From the NCBI RefSeq assembly GCF_009914755.1, contig NC_060947.1: 64,000 nucleotides of DNA; one strand, given 5' to 3'. The notes below the pieces were generated by a model that was not told the DNA's origin, did no database searches, and saw only the letters and a list, made by a program, of their open reading frames with translations. The number at the start of each line of letters is the position of its first letter. Position 1 is the first letter of the stretch. The translations under genes were made by a program, and so were the position numbers. This DNA comes from the human T2T-CHM13v2.0 reference genome, Homo sapiens. Of this stretch, positions 58,183 through 64,000 are shown one piece after another.

Positions 58183-61124
58183 AGTGAGTGTAAACTTATT
58201 TAAACACGCATTAGCTATACTTTGAATTGGAGCATACTATCCAAGCGAAACCATGACAATTGCCCTCAAAGAATCTTTATTGTTAAAAAAAAATTTACTC
58301 TACATAGGGCATTGTGACATATACATTAAAAAGAATAAAATGTAAAATTTCTAGGAACTTTAATCTGTTATTGATATTTTCATAAATCATCCTAAATATT
58401 CTCCTGATTATAGCATTCTGGTCCTTGGTTCCATCTTAATTTCTTTCTTTCTTTTTAGTGTGTAATAGTTCTATCATCTTTTCCTAATCAGAACTTTTTT
58501 TCTCCACATGATAAATTCAACCACACCCTGGGTTTCACATCTTATAGCTAGATGCCCCTAATCCTCTGCTTAAATCACAAAACTATTTGGGAATAGTATG
58601 CTGTCTTTCTCTCAATTTTTTGTGTTCTTGACTGGAATCCAGTAGTACTGCTTTTATATCAATTCTAAAATTAGCCATTTTTAAATGGCTGAAATATACC
58701 CTAGTGCAATTTTCAGTCAACAAGAGGGTTTAAGCAGCTTCGTTATATATTTTAAGAATTGGTGGCTGACCATGCTAAAATATTATTTTCTTACAGCGAA
58801 GGATTTATACAGTCAATTTATATATTATTGGTTGAAAAATAATCTTGACTTTTTAAATGAACATGTCTCATCTGTTGTACAAATTCCTATGAAACTTACA
58901 GGGAAAAGCAAAGGTGTCACTCCTATACTGTTCACATTTTAGTGGTACATCTTAAATAATGGGAGAAAATGATTATTGACCTGGATTTGAATCAGAGGCA
59001 ACCAATCATTCATTGAATAGGTAAAGACTAGTGATGTGCTGCTTTCGATTTGCTAGTTAATTAGATATTACCAAAAAAGGTAAGATTATATAAGAACAAA
59101 ACTACGTACCATAACACCAAGTTTAGGTTTTCATATCATTTCAAAACTTAGAATAAATAGAGTAATTTATGTATAGATACAAAAATATAAAAATAACAAT
59201 CACTCCCTTCTATCCTCCAGTCACTCCTGTCACTATCGTTTTGATTTCAGTGACTTGCCAAAATGTATACATTGGTATAAGCTCTATTTTTAGATATATT
59301 TTTCTGTCTCAAGTAAAAATCACTGAGGCATAGAAATTTTTCATTTATTCACTGATTTGAAAATAATAATACATAGTGATTTAGCGGCATGTCAAAGGAG
59401 TATACAGTGCAGTCGCTTTCCAAGCTATAATTGCATGCAGTGCTTCAGTGTGAAGCAATTTGCTTTTAAACATGAGAGAGCATATGGCTCAAGGAGAGAG
59501 AGTTCATGTTAGAAGGTATTATCTCCATTCGTCACTCTGGAATCTCTCCAAAACCTTCTCTACATCCTCTAAAAAAGCAAGATATTGATCATAAAGCTAC
59601 CATAGACCAATGTGTCTATGTCTACAGGATCACCTCAAAATTCATTGGAAAATAAGAAATATAAAGCTTTTATGGTATCAGGTGGTTATAAAAACAACAA
59701 AAGAACATTTTGGTTCAGTGGAGCTTGAACATTTGCTCAAATGCCTGAGTCACACATAGGCTGCTCCCATTCAAAAGTCTCCCAAACAAAATTTGTTCAG
59801 AGGTGAAGTTTTCAACCTAATGGTCCTATTATCTTGTAGCCTGAAGTATTGTGGAATCCTAGAGGATGATCGGGGTTAACTGTAGGATATACATAATCAT
59901 CAATTCCTATGGTATCAAGTGGGCTTACTATAGTGTAGAGTAATTCCAGAAAGCCACTTATCTTACAATCATGAAAGTTTAGACCAAAGAGGAAAGCACA
60001 GACTCTTCGCAGATAAAAATAAAAATTGTATTAAAGCATATTATGCTTTAATGCCCTCCAAATGATTGGTATTGCTTTTCTTTGTAGCCCAGTATAATTT
60101 GAAATTATCACATAGATGTGTCCTAGGAAATGAGGAGCAGATTGGGGATAGTAAATATTTTTCTGTAAACTTCCTGGAGCAGTTTGTTAACTCTCTAACC
60201 AAGCTGGAGCAGCATATATTCTTCTCAGCTTGGGTCCAGGTAATACATAAATATCTACTTAACTCAAATAATACATTATATGTGCTGCTATATTGTATGG
60301 AAATTATCAGACTGCCTGGATGATCTAGTTTTTACATTTTCCATCACTTGTTAAGGTATATTGGTGGCATTATCTAAAACAAACTAGAAGAAGTGAACCA
60401 GTTACCCAATGCATTTTTACATGATAATGGCAAAATGCTTTTCAACTGCAATATTGATAGAATTTATAGTTCCATGGTGGATAGAAAGCCCAAAACATTT
60501 GCAGTGAAGACAGAGGGTTCCATAATAAAAAAGCACAGGGATGGAATGTTAGGCAATACAACTGGCAAAAAGTATTTGATCTTCTGTTTAGAGAGTTATA
60601 TCACAATGAATTTGTTCACAGTTGTCGATATATTCCAGGTATATTCTAAAGGAAATGAATTATGTGGGAATATGATGACAAACCTCAGGCACTCTCTATG
60701 TAACTAAAAGTACCCTTGCCCCAGAATTTTTCACTTGTGATTTAATCTTAAACAACTGGTTTTAAAATTACATGTGAACTCATCTATCAAATGTTATCTC
60801 ATTTTTGACCTTACCATTTTTGTCACATTGTAGATGGGAACAAAACTCTGTTTGAACTCTTTTGTTTGAGTTGTGTCCTGTTTCTTACTCCAAAGAGAGG
60901 CATTTTCTTCATCTTTAATAAGAAATGCCACAGTTTATACAATTGATGACTATTTAGGAAATACTTGACCTTTGCTATGATCACTATTATATATCTCCAA
61001 AGGTCTCCCTTAAGGTGTCCAAGAAATTAGCATTAAATTGACGAACATGCTTTCTTTTTCAGCTTATATGGCATGACCTTTGAAAACAGTGTTTGTTTTA
61101 GAAATCACTTACTATTTATTTCAT

Positions 61125-61335
61125 TTATTCAAAATATGGACTGAATGTTTTGTATTTGTCAGGTGTTATCCTAAATCCTTCCACATACATCATTTCCTAA
61201 TTCTCACAAAATCCCTTTTTAAGAAGAAACCGAGACATAGAGAGGTTCTGTAACCTAATTAAGGTCATGTATCTAGCAAAAGGCAAAGCAGTTATATGAA
61301 CCTGTTATCTGAATGTTTGAGTTTTTTCACTATTT
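61125..61335 (-). mobile_element. MIR/L2 fragment
   Basis: 'agaagaaaccgagacatagagaggttctgtaacctaattaaggtcatg'. Confidence 0.6.
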
Positions 61336-61438
61336 TCTACTATGCTCCAAATTATAAAAAATCTTCCCCAGCTGAAATACAATATTTTTAATGTACTGTT
61401 ACTTATGAAGAAGTAACAGTAATATAGAAGCCTCTATA

Positions 61439-61998
<560 letters not shown>

Positions 61999-64000
61999 TA
62001 GAAAAAAAAAAAAAAAGCATGTTTCCTCTTTCAGACATCAAATATTATCATCTAATTTTATAGTTTTTAATAGCCAGGTAGAATCAGAAAATCATTACAA
62101 AATAAATTTGATGCTGTTATTCCCATATAAACTAGAGGAAGGTCAGTTTCTATTGCTTTAGTCTTGTCCTGTGTGATTATAAGGATTTTTAAAACTTAAG
62201 ATAAATTTAATTATGATACCTTGTTATTGTGATAAAACCTAAGCTCCTTCTGAAAAAAAGCAAATACAGACATATTCTTGGAAGTTATTAAATGTAATCT
62301 TGGCCAACAATTATGGCATTGCTGAAATGTTCTTCAAAGTTACGATCTGAGGGGAAGTATGCAGAATACTCAGACTTTAGAGTTTTCTTGAAGCTCATGA
62401 TGTAATCTTTATCTATAAATTAGGAAATGATGAAATTCCATTGTGTATCGATTCAGATACATAGTGGTATAATATCCCTAAATGTGTATTTAAAAAGCTA
62501 TCTGGGTTTTGTAATTGGAATAGCTCCTTCTCCTTCAAATTTTGTATATTTTCCTCAGGAGTTGTCAAACTGTTAATTTTCCCTCTAGCTTCAATTTGAA
62601 AGCTATTCCAGTCTCACCAATCACCAGAAGTCTCACTGTCTCAGGGAGGACAGTCTGCTCACAAGTCTCCCCAATGGCTTTATGAAATCCTCATAATGTT
62701 TTGAAAGAAAACAAATTGCTGGACTAATAACTAAATGACAATCTCTATAAACTATAACATATAGTTATTTCTTCAAGGCTACGTGCTCCATTTTCAGTGA
62801 CATAAGCGCAGTCTCAATTTTACGGTACTTGGGGCTGCTTCGTTTACTCGGCTAACTTACAAATTAAGAGAAAAAAAGGTTCACAATTGTCTTGCTAAAA
62901 TCAGATAACATCTATAAAAGGTATTTTTGAGACATTGGCTTTTTGTAAACAAGTTAAAATTTAAATGGACCAGGGCCATGCCACCAGAAAACGCAGCCAC
63001 ATACTTCCTTACCTGTCCTTCTTAGGAAGGCCCCATTTGAGTTTGCTAGCAGTGTAAATTGCTCCCTATTAACTGCCGTTGTTATTTTTCCAAAATAAAT
63101 AATATTTATTAAATATAGGGGCAATAAATAAACTGTTCATAATTATTTTTTTCCACCGAGGCTTCCTTTCCAAATGGTCCAAATGGCATGGCTCAGCTCT
63201 GACTCTTGTGTTGGCAGAGCTGTCATGCTTTCCAAAGTGCCCTGCCAACTTGTTTGTGTTTACATGTGCTTTTATTTCTTTGAGACTTGTAGAATAGCAA
63301 TTAGGCAATTCCAGGTGGTGTGGTTACCAAAAGATAATCTCATTTTGGAGACACTAGATTCTTTACACACACTGAGGCTTTGTAATTCTCAGGGGTATAA
63401 TTATTTTATTCTTGCTCTTCTTCATGCCGTGTCAATATCCCCTTCTGTTTTCATAATACTAAGTTACAGATTCTTTAATCTATTTCTCCAATTATGTTCA
63501 TTCAACCATATAATCATTCTAAGAGGAGTGTCAGAAAACAACAACTACAAAACCCAACACAACATTGTACTGGACCAACATGCTGGGTTTATTCAACATT
63601 TAATTGCAGTATGTGTTACAGTTTCCAGTAATTCATTGTTTTTGGAAAACTAACAGGGAAATTTGTAGACATCCAGAATCTAGAGAGATCATATTTGGCA
63701 GGCAGTAGGCAAATCTCATTTTTCTCCATATTTTCAATTCATCCTATTCCATGCATCCCCTTACATTTAATACAGAGCATGGGCTAGGGTAGGTACACAG
63801 TAACTGTTTTATATTGCAAGTGTTTGCAATCCGCTAATGTAATACAGCAATGCCTGAAATAGTAACTCTCAAGCCTAAATGTCAATTCTATTCAGAAATA
63901 TTTTCAAATGAGTCTCCTTTTTTAATGAGTGCTTCCTACACAATATTTCATGATACCATGGCATACCATGAAATATTAATGGATAGACTATAAAAAAGAA

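Noticed and set aside
63174-63653. 159-aa ORF in unique DNA
   Set aside because: No recognisable homology, composition typical of random AT-rich frames, no convincing splice or promoter context.

Overview
Repeat-dense primate genomic DNA, probably hominoid (an L1PA3-type LINE-1 and an AluY-like element are present). I find no supportable host protein-coding exon, RNA gene or CRISPR array. The window holds LINE-1 fragments of many ages, five Alus, several MaLR/ERVL/ERV1 LTRs, a non-autonomous ERV1 provirus with two LTRs, DNA transposon remnants (MER44, MADE1, Tigger, MER5A, MER20, Arthur1) and a full-length TPT1 processed pseudogene. The most striking structure is a composite L1 insertion (21286-28048). 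It has two nested pairs of perfect 13-bp TSDs and three poly(A) tails, best read as a multi-generation serial 3' transduction plus a short 5' transduction. Other oddities are an orphan LTR fragment beside a MADE1 hairpin, a twin-primed L1 inside MER5A, a ~14-kb nested TE stack, an AT-rich hairpin and a near-perfect 29-bp x3 tandem repeat. Repeat subfamily names come from recalled consensus sequences and need RepeatMasker/Dfam confirmation. I see no evidence of a wholly new protein-based system.
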